Source: Octopus bimaculoides (taxonomy: Eukaryota). Taken from it: 64,000 bases of DNA. A model generated the notes under the pieces. The model saw nothing but the letters and a program-made list of their open reading frames with translations. It made no database searches and was not told where the DNA came from. Made by a program: the position numbers and the translations under genes. Below, one piece after another: positions 50,625-62,318 of this stretch; positions within the stretch are counted from its first letter, which is position 1; each line of letters starts with the position of its first letter. Where the stretch lies: the NCBI RefSeq assembly GCF_001194135.2, contig NC_069003.1, forward strand, positions 11,387,236-11,451,235, given 5' to 3'.

Positions 50625-51248
50625 CACCGCTTCATCCCACATGATTCCTTGCCCCGTAAAATTCTGCTGACTGTTCTTTGAGCCACTTCTTCACTACAGT
50701 TTTCACTTCCTCGTCACTGGAATAATGTTTGCCTCTCAAATCCTCTTTCATGAGGCCAAAGAGATGATCATCCAGTGATGAGGAAGTGAAAACTGTAGTG
50801 AAGAAGTGACTCAAAGAATAGTCAACAGAATTTTATGGGGCAGGGATACATGCTTTCATTCGAAGGAGGAACATTGCTATTGAGAGAAACGGTGGCTATG
50901 TTGAGAAGTAGGGATGTGATCCACAGAGGACCAGCTTCATTTTGATGTATGATACATGTTCCTCTGTTGGTAATTATACCTGTCCTAAACAAAATGGTAT
51001 TACTTTTTGACTCACCCTTGTATGNNNNNNNNNNNNNNNNNNNNNNNNNNNNNNNNNNNNGGGGCAGGGATACATGCTTTCATTCGAAGGAGGAACATTG
51101 CTATTGAGAGAAACGGTGGCTATGTTGAGAAGTAGGGATGTGATCCACAGAGGACCAGCTTCATTTTGATGTATGATACATGTTCCTCTGTTGGTAATTA
51201 TACCTGTCCTAAACAAAATGGTATTACTTTTTGACTCACCCTTGTATG
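50625..51248. mobile_element. Mariner 3' remnant containing an internal inverted duplication
   Basis: Minus strand DHLFGLMKEDLRGKHYSSDEEVKTVVKKWL; plus strand SSDEEVKTVVKK..; TIR TTACTTTTTGACTCACCCTTGTA. Confidence 0.8.
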
Positions 51249-52044
51249 AAGGACAACTTCAGAACACTGTTACCTGGCACCTTGATGTACTCAAAATGAC
51301 CTGTCCTTCACAACAGAAATGTTAGGGCCGCATGCCCTGATGAAGAGGATCAGCCTGCAAGAGTTCTGTGCCAGTGCCACATTAAAAGCACCCAGTACAC
51401 ATTGTAAAATGGTTGGTGTTAGGAAGGGCCTCCAGGCATAGAAACCAAGCCAAATCATACCATAACCTGGTGCAGCTCCCCAGCTTGCTAGCTTTGGTTA
51501 AATCGTCCAACCCATGCCAGCATGGAAAACGGATGTTAAAAGATGATGATAGGCATATATTTATGTAATTTATAAATAATATAAGAAATAAAAGTTCCAT
51601 TTTATATGATTTTATTATATATTTCAATAAACTATACATAACAATTTTTTCATACATTTTCTTTGTATATATACAACTATAAAACAATATGTAATTAGTA
51701 ACCCCTTATAATGAAGTTCAAATGATAAACTCAGAAAAGAAATTATAAATTATTGAACACCTTTTTAGTGGTAACAATAATTTAATGCACATCTTACTGT
51801 TCCATGCTGCTGGCTAACACCCAGTAGCCAGATATAACCAGCCAGTTCAAACCCTGACTGCAACTGTTGATTAGCAGTTTTTGTGGTGACAGTATAAAGA
51901 AATATGAAGATGATAATAGCACACTGTTAATGAAGATTTCACTCAAAGAAATACTTGAAATGGTGTAGATTTCTGTTACATGTCATCAAGATGTATTTCA
52001 CCCAATATGTACAAATGTTATTGAAAGTTGATTGAAAGAGGACA

Positions 52045-52444
52045 GTTGTTTGTTGTTGTTGTTGTTGGCACTCCATCGCTTACGACGTCGAGGGTTCCAG
52101 TTGATCCGATCAACGGAACAGCCTGCTTGTGAAATTAACGTGCAAGTGGCTGAGCACTCCACAGACACGTGTACCCTTAACGTAGTTCTCGGGGATATTC
52201 AGCGTGACACAGTGTGACATGGCTGACCCTTTGAATTACAGGCACAACAGAAACAGGAAGTAAGAGTGAGAGAAAGTTGTGCTGAAAGAGTACAGCAGGG
52301 TTTGCCACCATCCCCTGCCGGAGCCTCGTGGAGCTTTAGGTGTTTTCGCTCAATAAACACTCACAACGCCCGGTCTGGGAATCGAAACCGCGATCCTATG
52401 ACCGCGAGTCTGCTGCCCTAACCACTGGACCATTGCGCCTCCAC
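52045..52444 (-). mobile_element. Full-length tRNA-derived SINE (family C) with (AAC)n tail
   Basis: Head GTGGAGGCGCAATGGTCCAGTGGTTAGG..GGTTTCGATTCCC. Other copies at 25791-26141 (cut by a gap) and 43372-43565 (partial). Confidence 0.9.
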
Positions 52445-54280
52445 AGAGTTGTTTGTTATATGAGGATTAAATCAAAACATATTTAGAGAGGAATGGTACA
52501 TTGTGATATTGGTCCTTTCTCTGAAGTTAATAACAGTACAACCAAGTTGAGAATAGTTCAAAACCTGAAATCACACATGACAATGAAGGACATTTTATGT
52601 CTTTGAATCAGCCTTTTAGTCCTTTAGTTACCAAAATTCTGTTGCAATGAAATGTACTGCTTTTGTCTCAATTTTCAAATGATGAAGAACAATGTTGACC
52701 TCATGTTTGAAACATAGATTAATGTGAAATTTTGATGGGAAGTTTTAAATTTAGATCACTTTTAAACAGGAAGTTTGTAGGCGTGGCTGTGTGGTAAGAA
52801 GCTTGCTTTCCAACTACATGGTTCAGTCCCACAGTGGCACCTTGGCAAGATGTCTTCTACTATAGACTCGGGCCGACCAAAGCCCTTCATATATATGTGT
52901 GTTATTTCTTTACTACCCACAAGGGGCTACACACAGAAGGGACAAACAAGGACAGACAAACGGATTAAGTCAATTATATCGACCCCAGTGCGTAACTGGT
53001 ACTTAATTTAATCGACCCCAAAAAGATGAAAGGCAAAGTCGACCTCGGTGGAATTTGAACTCAGAACGTAGTGGCAGATGAAATACCGCTAAGCATTTTG
53101 CCCGGCGTGCTAACGCTTCTGCCAGCTCGCTGCCTTCATATATATATATGTGTGTATATATATATTTGTGTCTGTGTTTGTCTTCCACCATCACTGCTTG
53201 ACAACTAGTGCTGGTGTGTTTATATCCTTATAACTTAGCAGTTTGGCAAAAGAGACTGGTAGGTTAAATGTCATGATTTATAAAAATAAGTACTGGGGTT
53301 GATACAGTCAATAAAAAATTCTTCAAGGTGGTGTGCCCCAGCACAGCCAGTCTAATGATAGAAACAAGTAAAAACTACCAAAGAATGAGGGCCAGTCTCA
53401 GGTGAGTTGCAGAACACATTAATTAATGCTGGTCTTAATTAATTTTGAAAATAACAAAAAATTTCGTGAAATAACTTTATCATTGTTAACCTGGTGTCTG
53501 AATTTTTTTTTTTTTGCTACCATATCTGTCTAGAAATACAATAATTTTGTCTTAATTAATTTTGAAAATAATGACTTTAGTAAACTTTGATGAAAGGTTT
53601 TAATTTAGATCACTTTAAACGAGGGAGTTTGTGTCATAGAACTAGGGATAGTCTCAAGTAGGTTGCTATTAAGAGTTAAATAAAAGCACCTACTACACTC
53701 TCTGAGTGGTTGGCGTTAGGAAGGGTATCCAGCTGTAGAAACTCTGCCAAATTTAGATTGGAGCCTGGTGTTGCCATCCGGTTTCACCAGTCCTCAGTCA
53801 AATCGTCCAACCCATGCTAGCATGGAAACCGGACGTTAAACAATGATGATGATGATGATGATAGCAGCCAGGTCTCCATTAAAATATATTCTGTTATCTT
53901 AAAAAAGAAATATAACATACTTGGTAGTGGAAGCCAAGATAGACTATGTCTGAGGAGTGTGGGGGGGGGGGGAGAAGAAAAATACAATGGTCAGAGTTAC
54001 AATGCTTTTCATCATAAATGAATTTGTTCTGGGTTGAGTTGCGACTAAAGAAGCACAACAACAACTTTAAATCATGATTTTAAATTTCCATGAGCTTATC
54101 TATAGTCGACCTGCTGAAAATAGCAACCAAATGGTGTTGGCTACAGTCTGAAAGAAATAACGACTTTTTACTAAACTACTACAACTGAAGACTTTTGAAG
54201 GGAAACAACCAAATCTACCGTTTTCTGTCTCTACCATGATCACCATCATTAGTGGAACCTGCAGACTGGACAGTGGACAG

Positions 54281-54510
54281 TTAACCCTTTGACATTTGGA
54301 TTTCTTTGTTAAATGTAATACTTATTTATTCCCATTATTTTGAATAAATAATGCATTATCTTGTAGCTTTGATTATTTCAATGATGTGATTGTTCATTTT
54401 TAGAATGACATTGTAAGGTAGGTGTGAGAGGCCGGATCTGGCCAGTTTGAACATAAAATGGGTGGAATATTTTGGCTGGATATTGACTGGTTTAAATGCT
54501 AAAAGGTTAC
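54281..54510. mobile_element. piggyBac-type MITE copy
   Basis: TTAACCCTTTGACATT ... AATGCTAAAAGGTTAC. Confidence 0.7.
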
Positions 54511-55437
54511 AGGCACAAGACCTGAAATTTTGTGGGTGGGAGTTACATCGATGCCAGTACTTGGCTGGTATTTATTTTATCAAACCACCAAAAGGATGAA
54601 AGACAAAGTTAACATCAGCAGACATTGGAGATAATGAAACACTGCACCACTTATCTTACAAAACCAAGTTTATAAGATGAATGGGGCATAGTTGTATGGT
54701 TTGTCCTTTCTCCACTCCCACCCTGTTTATTACTGTGCCAGGATAGGTTAAAGGGCAAAGTTAACCCTTGAATGGTTTTGAATGCAGAAGAAAGACATGG
54801 GTGATCTACTCTAAGCAATAATAATGTCTTCATTATATTCATTTGTACAAAAAATGTTAGAAATTGATAATAAATTCTTGAAATATTCTGATAAGTACAA
54901 AAATAAAAGCAAAAACAAAAAAAATAATAATAATTGCTTGTAATTTAAGCACAAGGCCAGCAATGTTGAGGGGAATAGGGTTAGTTGTTATCATTGACGG
55001 GTACTTTATGTTATCGACCCTGAAAGGATGAAAGGCAAAGTCATTGTAGAAGACAAGAGCCGAAACAAATAGCATGTATCATTTTTTCCAGTGCACCATT
55101 GATTCTTGTCAATTTTTTGCCCATTAAGAAATATATATAAAAGCAAGCTTGCAATATTAAGGACCTTTTCAGAAACTCATCTCTGGAAGTGACTTCTGTG
55201 GAATGTTGAAGGTGTCATTTGCCATTAATCAAATATCCCACCTCATCATTTAACGTCTGTTTTTCCATACTACCATGGATTGGACGGTTTGACAGGGGTC
55301 GGCTAGGCAGAAGACTGCACCAGGCGTCACTGTCTGTTCTGGCAGGGTTTTATGGCTGGACACTCTTCCTAACATAGCCACTTACAGAATGGACTATCCC
55401 CATATCATAAAAATGTTTCTATTTCTTTCTTCTGTAA

Positions 55438-55983
55438 CAGTGGTTCTCAACTAGGGACCATATAAGATTTTGGGGGGTCCACATAGCAAAATAGTAAATT
55501 GGGAGTCCACAATAGTATTTTAAGGGCTGCTGGAAACATTTTGCTTTAAATTTATGTATTGTTGTGTATTGCAAGAAACAACTAGGTTTCTTTCTCTAAC
55601 AGTTTACATAGTTCAACCTATACAAGTTAATGTGTGAAAAACAAAATAGGAATTCTGATAGAAATGTCTATAAAACTAGTTATTAACCCTTTAGCATTTA
55701 GCTTATTCTATCAAACATAACACTTATTTATTCACATTCTTTTGAAATTATTCTGCAATATCTTGTAGCCTTGAGATTTTGATGATGCAATTGTTTATTT
55801 TTAGACTAACATTGTAGGGTAGGTATGAGAGGCTGGGTCTGATCAGTTTTGAACATAAAACAGAATATTTGGTCCAGATGTGGCCGGTTTAAATATCGAA
55901 TGGCTATTGGGGTCCACCTGAATAAAATAGTTATCAAAGGGGTCCATAAATTTAAAAAAAAAAAAAATGGTTGAGAACCCTAG
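55438..55983. mobile_element. hAT-Charlie-type MITE containing a nested piggyBac-type MITE
   Basis: TIR CAGTGGTTCTCAAC / GTTGAGAACCCTAG; 8-bp flanks TTCTGTAA / TTCTACAA; the nested element starts TTAACCCTTTAGCATT at 55683. Confidence 0.75.
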
Positions 55984-56514
55984 TTCTACAATAACAAAAA
56001 TATAAAATTGCTTCAGTTTTTTTTTTTTAATTCATTTTTTAACCCTTTAGCATTTAAACCAGTCATATCCAACCCAAATATTCTCCGTTTTACACTGAAG
56101 CTGGCCAGATGCAGCTTCTCATACTTACCATACAATATATACTATATTGTATGACTATGTATGAACAAATACACACACACACACACATATCCAAATAGGA
56201 GTAGAGCATGTAAAATGCATGTTACATATGTTTCTTAACTAGCTGAAGCTCACAATACAATTGTTATGCAGTAAATTCTACACAATATAGGTAATCATCA
56301 GGCTGTGTTTACCTAAATGAAGATTACATTCTTACACAGAATTTCTAAGTCAGCCAGTTTTCAATAGAGAAAAAAAGTGTACAACTCTCAATGCCAATAA
56401 ATTGTTATTGTATCTAATCATATACTGTCCACATTCTGTTCTTGATATCAGCCACTTACTGCTTGAAGCTTACAAACTCTCTACACTTGGACCCCCAGAT
56501 CATATATATATATG

Positions 56515-56735
56515 ATGAGAGATGCTGAAAAGTTACTGGCTTTGAGTACAAGAAAGTACAGGAGGATCAGTTAATTATGATTTTATTTAACATATTCCCC
56601 TCTTAGATTCACAGACTTATTACAGTGGTCCTTCAGTTTTTCTAAGCCTTGTAAAAAGAACTAGAAAGGTTGTGCCTCCAACCAGGCCTTTTGTGATGCC
56701 TTTAAAGCGAGGAACTTTACAGCACCCCCTTCATA
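56515..56735. mobile_element. Mariner-type MITE of about 220 bp
   Basis: TIR GCTGAAAAGTT(A/C)CTGGCTTT / AAAGC.AGGAACTTT.CAGCACCCC; same family as 58935-59155 and the partial copy at 59378-59500. Confidence 0.75.
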
Positions 56736-57232
56736 TATATATGTTAGTTTCAGTGATGAAACTATGAAAACTGGAATGGGTTTAGTCACTTCATTCTTGC
56801 GGTTTAAATTAAATTGAAGAATTATCTTAGAAGCAGGTGAGATAGAAGAGAAAGGGGTGAAAGTAGAAAAGTAGATCGGGGGGGGGGGGAAGGGATGTTA
56901 CACTAAGTTTGGTAATCCAACAGAGATGAAGTTTGGAAGGAAATAAAAAAGAACGGAGGAAAATGAAAAGGAAGAAATAGGAAAGAAATGTAGATAAAAC
57001 AGGAAAGGATAAAAATCAAATCAAGGAAAGTTTAGTAAATTATGGAGATGGGAGTTTTTGTTTGTTTGTTTGTTTGTTTGTGTCTATTATTTTTTACATA
57101 CTCAGTGATGTTTTGATAAGAATTCTTACTTTAACATGAGTTGTTTTCGTTAAATTCGCTTTCTCACTTCCGATAGAAGAGAAAACGCCAGAGTTTTCAG
57201 AATTGTTTGGCAGTTTTAAAGGAAACAAGTGC

Positions 57233-57267
<35 letters not shown>

Positions 57268-57297
57268 GTGAAAGAATGGATGAATGCTAGTATTTCT

Positions 57298-58143
57298 TCA
57301 GAGCACCCTATATTTGTAGAAATAGCAGAGACCATGACTGAAGTTCCAACCAACAATGAGAGACAGGAAGTATATAAACACTAGCAACGTCATTGGATAC
57401 AGCAGGGAGCGGGTATTCTTGAGAAATGGCAACGCACTATAACCGAGGAAAGTTATGTAGACGTAGTATCCGATAGCAACAAGCCAAAGTGTATTACCAA
57501 ACAGTCTGGACAGGAACAAGTCATAGTTTATCACAGAATTTAAGAAGGCTAGCTGGAAGAGATGTAATATCATCAGTAAAGGGAAAAAGGCGTTCAGGTG
57601 TACGTCGAACGCGTATCCCCATTCGACATCTTGACCGCGGGGTGGTGCAATGATAAGGTATCGGTTTGTAATGAACCATAACAAAGACGCGATCAATATA
57701 CCGACACCGATGCAGTCAATAAAAATTACCCACACAATAAATTTTAGAAATCCAACGAAATGTAGTTTCAAAACAAAAGCAAATCCAATAGAAGACACCA
57801 GTAACCAGAAACTCAGCAAAACAAGAAAAGCAGGATCGTCGCGGGCCCACTGATCTTTGGTGTGTTTACGATACTGGAAGTTCCTGTAAACTTTTTGAGG
57901 AGACACAAACAGGTAAATCATCTGCCAGAAAGCATATTCGAAGTCCATCTGACGGAACTTAAACAATCTCCGAAAATATTTCTTCCGTTTGGCAGCCGCA
58001 GTCAGTCTGGCCAAACCATTTTCTTGGCTGATTGTTGACGAATTACTTTCTAAAGAAGTTGACCGTCTAAAACCATCGAATGGCGATTGTTGAGGTTTGG
58101 GTGAAGGTGTAGGAGAGAGTGGAACTTTACCAAACGGCTGCAT
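57298..58143 (-). CDS. UNC50: UNC-50 family Golgi/inner nuclear membrane protein, 281 aa, CDS uninterrupted
   Basis: Contains recognisable UNC-50 motifs: KYFRRLFKFRQMDFEYAFWQM, YRKHTKDQWARDDPAFLVLL, DVEWGYAFDVHLNAFFP, YITFLGYSALPFLKNT, and ends in YKYRV. ATG to TGA is open with no introns. Confidence 0.97.
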   Translation of the reverse strand: MQPFGKVPLSPTPSPKPQQSPFDGFRRSTSLESNSSTISQENGLARLTAAAKRKKYFRRLFKFRQMDFEYAFWQMIYLFVSPQKVYRNFQYRKHTKDQWARDDPAFLVLLSFWLLVSSIGFAFVLKLHFVGFLKFIVWVIFIDCIGVGILIASLLWFITNRYLIIAPPRGQDVEWGYAFDVHLNAFFPLLMILHLFQLAFLNSVINYDLFLSRLFGNTLWLVAIGYYVYITFLGYSALPFLKNTRSLLYPMTLLVFIYFLSLIVGWNFSHGLCYFYKYRVL

Positions 58144-58194
58144 AATCAGTTTACATTAAATAAACAAGATCAATGATATCGAATTGTTTTTTCT

Positions 58195-58275
58195 ACGAGG
58201 TGACGTTTCACACGACAGCCATATTGCCGGAAGTACTTGGCAGCCGAAAAAAACAACTAAAACTACTTCCGTGAA
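58195..58275 (-). promoter_or_regulatory. Candidate UNC50 core promoter with ETS-like, YY1-like and CRE half-site motifs
   Basis: CpG-retaining stretch upstream of the ATG: TGACGT 58201-58206, GCCATATTG 58218-58226, CCGGAAGT 58227-58234, ACTTCCG 58265-58271. Confidence 0.55.
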
Positions 58276-58934
58276 GGGTAGATAACTCTCTTATAAAAGT
58301 AGTTTGATTTCTCTTTCGATGGTGGTGGTTAGGGCCTCCTTCGTGCCAACTCACTGTGGAAATCCCTCTCTGATTCTAAATACACACAAATATATTAATA
58401 AGTCCGTATATAATTTATTAGTAATTCATAATTATCGAGTTTTTCTATTTATAGGAATCCAGGACATTCGGGCATTCCTACACCCCCGATTCCGATTATA
58501 TCAGAATGTGTTGTGAAAATTCCCTCGTGTGAATTTTCCGAAACTCCTCATTTCACCTACAGAAAAGCTTTTCACAACAAATTCTGATATAATCGGTATC
58601 TACTTCATCTGAAGCGTATTTGTAGAAAATTTCATTAAAACATATCAATTTTCCTGGAAGTTATAAGTAAACAAAGTCGGTGGGGAACATACATTTTAAA
58701 TTATCTTTTATTTTTGCTTGTTTCAGTCATTTACCTGTATCTATGCTGGGACACCCCAAAGAGTTTAATTGAATAAATCAACCCCAGTACTCAATGTTTT
58801 TTAAACCTAGTACTTCATAATATTAGTCTCTTTTGCTGAAATGATAGGTTATGAGACATAAACAAATATATCTATCTGTCTATCTGTGTATAGATAGATA
58901 GATAGATAGGTAGATTGGTAGGCAGGTAGGTAGA

Positions 58935-59155
58935 TAGGAGGGAGTGCTGAAAAGTTCCTGGCTTTGGGTAAAAGGAAATACAGGAGGATCAGTTAATTAT
59001 GATTTTATTCAACATAGTCCTCTCTTAGATTCACACACTTATTGCAGCGGTCCTTCGATTTTTCTAAGCCTTGTAAAAGAACTTGGAAGGTTGGGCCTCC
59101 AACCAGACCTTTTATGATACCTTTAAAGCTAGGAACTATTCAACAGCCCCTTGTA
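58935..59155. mobile_element. Mariner-type MITE of about 220 bp
   Basis: Collinear with 56515-56735 and in the same orientation. Confidence 0.75.
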
Positions 59156-60880
59156 CAACTATCTTGTAATGTCAAGGCAAGAAGGGAGAAACACATACAT
59201 ATATATGACAGGCTTCTTTCAGTTTAAATGCACAGTGGCTGTGTGGTAAGAAGTTTAATTCCCAACCACATGGTTCAAGGTTCAGTCCTATTGTGTAGCA
59301 CATTGGGCAAATGTCCCCCACTATAATCTGGTAGACAGAAATCCACTCACAAGTTTTTTGTCAGCCCGGGGCTGACACTTATTGAAGCAGTCGTTCAGTT
59401 TTCTTAAGCCCTGTAAAAGAACTTAGATGGTTGGGCCCCCCCAACCAGGCCTTTCATGATATCCCTAACGCCAGGAACTTTTCAATACCCCCACCTCGTA
59501 TGTATATAAGATATGGCATAAACAATGCCGTTAAATATTTTTCTTTGTTGTAGTAAATTTTACTTACAGCTGTATCAGTCATTATAGATTCATTTTGATA
59601 AATTTATTCAACTGGGTCATTGTTAAGTTGAGAAAAATGGAACTACCTAGAAAATTGATGCCACTTTTGTCAGACTTATATACGTATCTTTGTTGTTATA
59701 TATGTATATGATTATATATATAATAAGCCTATTTCAGTTTCTGTCTACCAAATCCACTCACAAGGCTTTGGTTGGCCTGAGGCTACAGTAGAAAGCACCT
59801 ACCCAAGGTACCATGCTGTGGTATTGAATCCCAAACCATTTCGTCAGGAAGCAAACTTCTTAACAACACAACTACACCTGCACCTCTTTATTTAATTTTA
59901 TTGTTGCAAAGATGGTCTGACCCAAAGTGGATATTAAAAGATTATGAGGGTGCTTGCAGATGTGGTTTTTTACAATTAAGATTTGTTGTGGTAATTTTTT
60001 CTAAAACTCAAGGATCATGGGACTTTTTAGGTCTTGTGATGTATATGGTGTCCTCACTCGTGTTGGTACCAGGAAGAAGCACCCACTACATTCTGTAAAG
60101 TAGTTGGCATTAATACTCCAGAGTAATTAACTAGAAGTATTGAACTTCATCTTTCTACATTCTGGTTTCAAATCCTTTTGCCTTTCAGTTCTCTGGGACC
60201 CAGGACTGACATAGGAACCAAGCAAGAACTGTATGCTCCCTGTACAATCTTGTAGTCTGAACTAATGTAAAAAAAAGAAAAACATTTTTTGCATTAAATA
60301 CCTCAATTCCTGTTTCTCCTTCAACCTAAAGTAGAAAACTTTCCTGTTTGAAGAAAAAAGAACCAATATTTAAATTAATCAAATTGGTCTACGGAAGTCA
60401 ACTATGCCTTTCATACTATTAACTTCCTAAAAAAATACATTAATACTCTAATGCTTTAAGAATGTGTTTCTTTTTGGGATATATGAACTACTGTCAGTAT
60501 ATTTCTCTATATTTCTAATTGCCAAAACGTAAAATTCTCATGTTATTTTTTATTCTTTTGTTATCCACTGACATCACCAATAGTTGAATACAAAAATTTC
60601 TTAGATTATATTTCTTCTTAGTGTTCTTTTTGTAGGTGTTCATGTACTGGAAATATTTCCTCAGTTTTGGGTTTTGTTGTTTTCTGTTTTAATTCTAGTC
60701 ACATCTCCAATGCATTATAGAATACTGTACTGACTGGTTTGAAAAAGCAAGGATCCAAAACATAAAGAACCATAACTAAATACTGTTATGCACTAGGTAT
60801 TTTGCCTGAAACTCTAACAATTCTGTTAATCCACTACCATTACAAGTGACAAAACAAAAGTAGGTGTACTTGATTAAGTG

Positions 60881-61261
60881 GAATTCTGTTTTTAAGTACC
60901 CCATATAACACCTCATAACTTATTTATTTTTTGGAATTTGCAGGAAATTTTTGCAAATTCGTGTTCTACACAGTGGAATTTATACAACTATGAAAAAACA
61001 AAAAAATTATTTTTCGTGATTTAAAGGCTATTTAGCTGCTATTTTTAGCACATCTCACGACAACCTGATACCTTCCTCGTTTCTTTGTCCCTCTGACGTA
61101 TTGTTGTGCTAAAAATATCAGCCTTTAAGTCACGCACCAACATTTTTTGTGTGCTTGGGTTTTGCATAATAGTATGAATTCCTGTGTGTAGAACAAATTC
61201 GCAAACATTTTCTGAAAGTTCCCTAAAATAATAAAGCTATGGCGTGCTTAAAGCAGAATTC
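60881..61261. mobile_element. Foldback/MITE-like inverted repeat with arms of about 150 bp
   Basis: GAATTCTG.TTT.AAG..GTTCTACACA..GAATT.ATAC..CGTGA.TTAAAGGC is mirrored by 61121-61261; an inner TATTTTTAGCAC/GTGCTAAAAATA pair is also present. Confidence 0.7.
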
Positions 61262-61419
61262 TGCATTCATTTATACCCTAATCCCACAATATTTCTGAAT
61301 CTTGTGCCGGTGCCTCTTTGGCGTACAGCCTGTGCAGTCTAACCCAAATCTTAAACCCTAAACCTAATCCTAACACAGGTCTGATTATTTCAAAGGGTAG
61401 ACTACAAATAGGGAGGTGG

Positions 61420-61568
61420 AACGCACGTTGAAGTCAGTCTATATTAAAAGTGCTCTCCCTTAGAACAGCAACATCGATCGCTCACCAGATGGTAGCAGCA
61501 GTTCCGTAGTCCGCCATATTGTCATTTATTTGTCGTCGGCGAATTATCTGTTTGTTTATCCATCGACA
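61420..61568 (+). promoter_or_regulatory. Candidate RTRAF promoter/5'UTR
   Basis: CpG-rich stretch before the ATG containing the YY1-like CGCCATATTG at 61512-61521. Confidence 0.45.
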
Positions 61569-62318
61569 ATGTCTTTCAGGCGGAAACTATTGGCTTTGGA
61601 ATATCATAATCCAGAGGCATTTAACATCAAGGACGAGAAGTGCATTCGAGCAATTGTCCATTGGCTAGAAGACCAAAAGATTCGCCATTACAAGATCTCC
61701 GATCGCGACGCAATCCGTGACACAGCGAGCGACACATGGCCAGAAGCCTTCAAGAATTATATCTCCGAGCTGGGTTGCCCTTACAACTGTGAGGATACCT
61801 CTGCAGTAATGGACTGGTTGCTGGGATATGCCGTTCGTCTAGAATACGGCGACAACCTAGAAAAGTACAAAGTCGCCACTGCTGATTCGGTGAAACGACT
61901 GAAGGCTGACGGAAAGACCCAGTCTTCGAACCCTCTCGATAATTTGGACTTTAACGACCCCCATTTTAAAGCCGGCATCGCATCTCTATCCATGTTACTG
62001 CAGATTCCACCCCATCCCGATCACCTGGAACAGCTAAAAGCCATCTGTATTCTGGTACAGGAAAAATTCTCCAAGGAAGCCCTTGCCAAAAGCAACTTTT
62101 CAGGCAACCCTAAGGACCATATCCCAATTGACAAGACAGTTCTAGGTTTCGATGCTGGCGATTACATATTGAACGATGCTGCTAAAGTATTACGTCTGCT
62201 GCACATCAAGGAACTCCGTGAGTTGCAAACTAACATTAATAGCATTATTGTAGGGGCACAAGCTTTGACGGCGAACCCCAAAACTGACACTAGGCTTGGT
62301 AAAGTAGGTAGGGCTTGA
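61569..62318 (+). CDS. RTRAF: RNA transcription, translation and transport factor (C14orf166/CLE/CGI-99; tRNA-ligase complex subunit), 249 aa, CDS uninterrupted
   Basis: MSFRRKLLALEYHNP, WLEDQKIRHYKI, DWLLGYAVRLEYGDN and the C-terminal DPKT-like ANPKTDTRLGKVGR match the family. The first ATG is at 61569; the ORF track starts upstream at a non-ATG codon. Confidence 0.96.
   Translation: MSFRRKLLALEYHNPEAFNIKDEKCIRAIVHWLEDQKIRHYKISDRDAIRDTASDTWPEAFKNYISELGCPYNCEDTSAVMDWLLGYAVRLEYGDNLEKYKVATADSVKRLKADGKTQSSNPLDNLDFNDPHFKAGIASLSMLLQIPPHPDHLEQLKAICILVQEKFSKEALAKSNFSGNPKDHIPIDKTVLGFDAGDYILNDAAKVLRLLHIKELRELQTNINSIIVGAQALTANPKTDTRLGKVGRA

Noticed and set aside
19093-51248. Apparent tandem duplications at 19.2/19.3, 22.13/22.25, 42.16/42.33 and 50.84/51.06 kb
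   Set aside because: Each straddles a short N gap with near-identical sequence on both sides, typical of unmerged overlapping contig ends.
57650-57853. Antisense ORFs within UNC50, and 61781-61993 within RTRAF
   Set aside because: Short shadow frames of real genes with no independent support.
61343-61375. Telomere-like CTAACCC/CTAAACC run
   Set aside because: Only about four degenerate units; too short to call an interstitial telomere.
61530-61568. 13-aa N-terminal extension of RTRAF shown in the ORF track
   Set aside because: It begins at a non-ATG codon; family similarity starts at the ATG at 61569.
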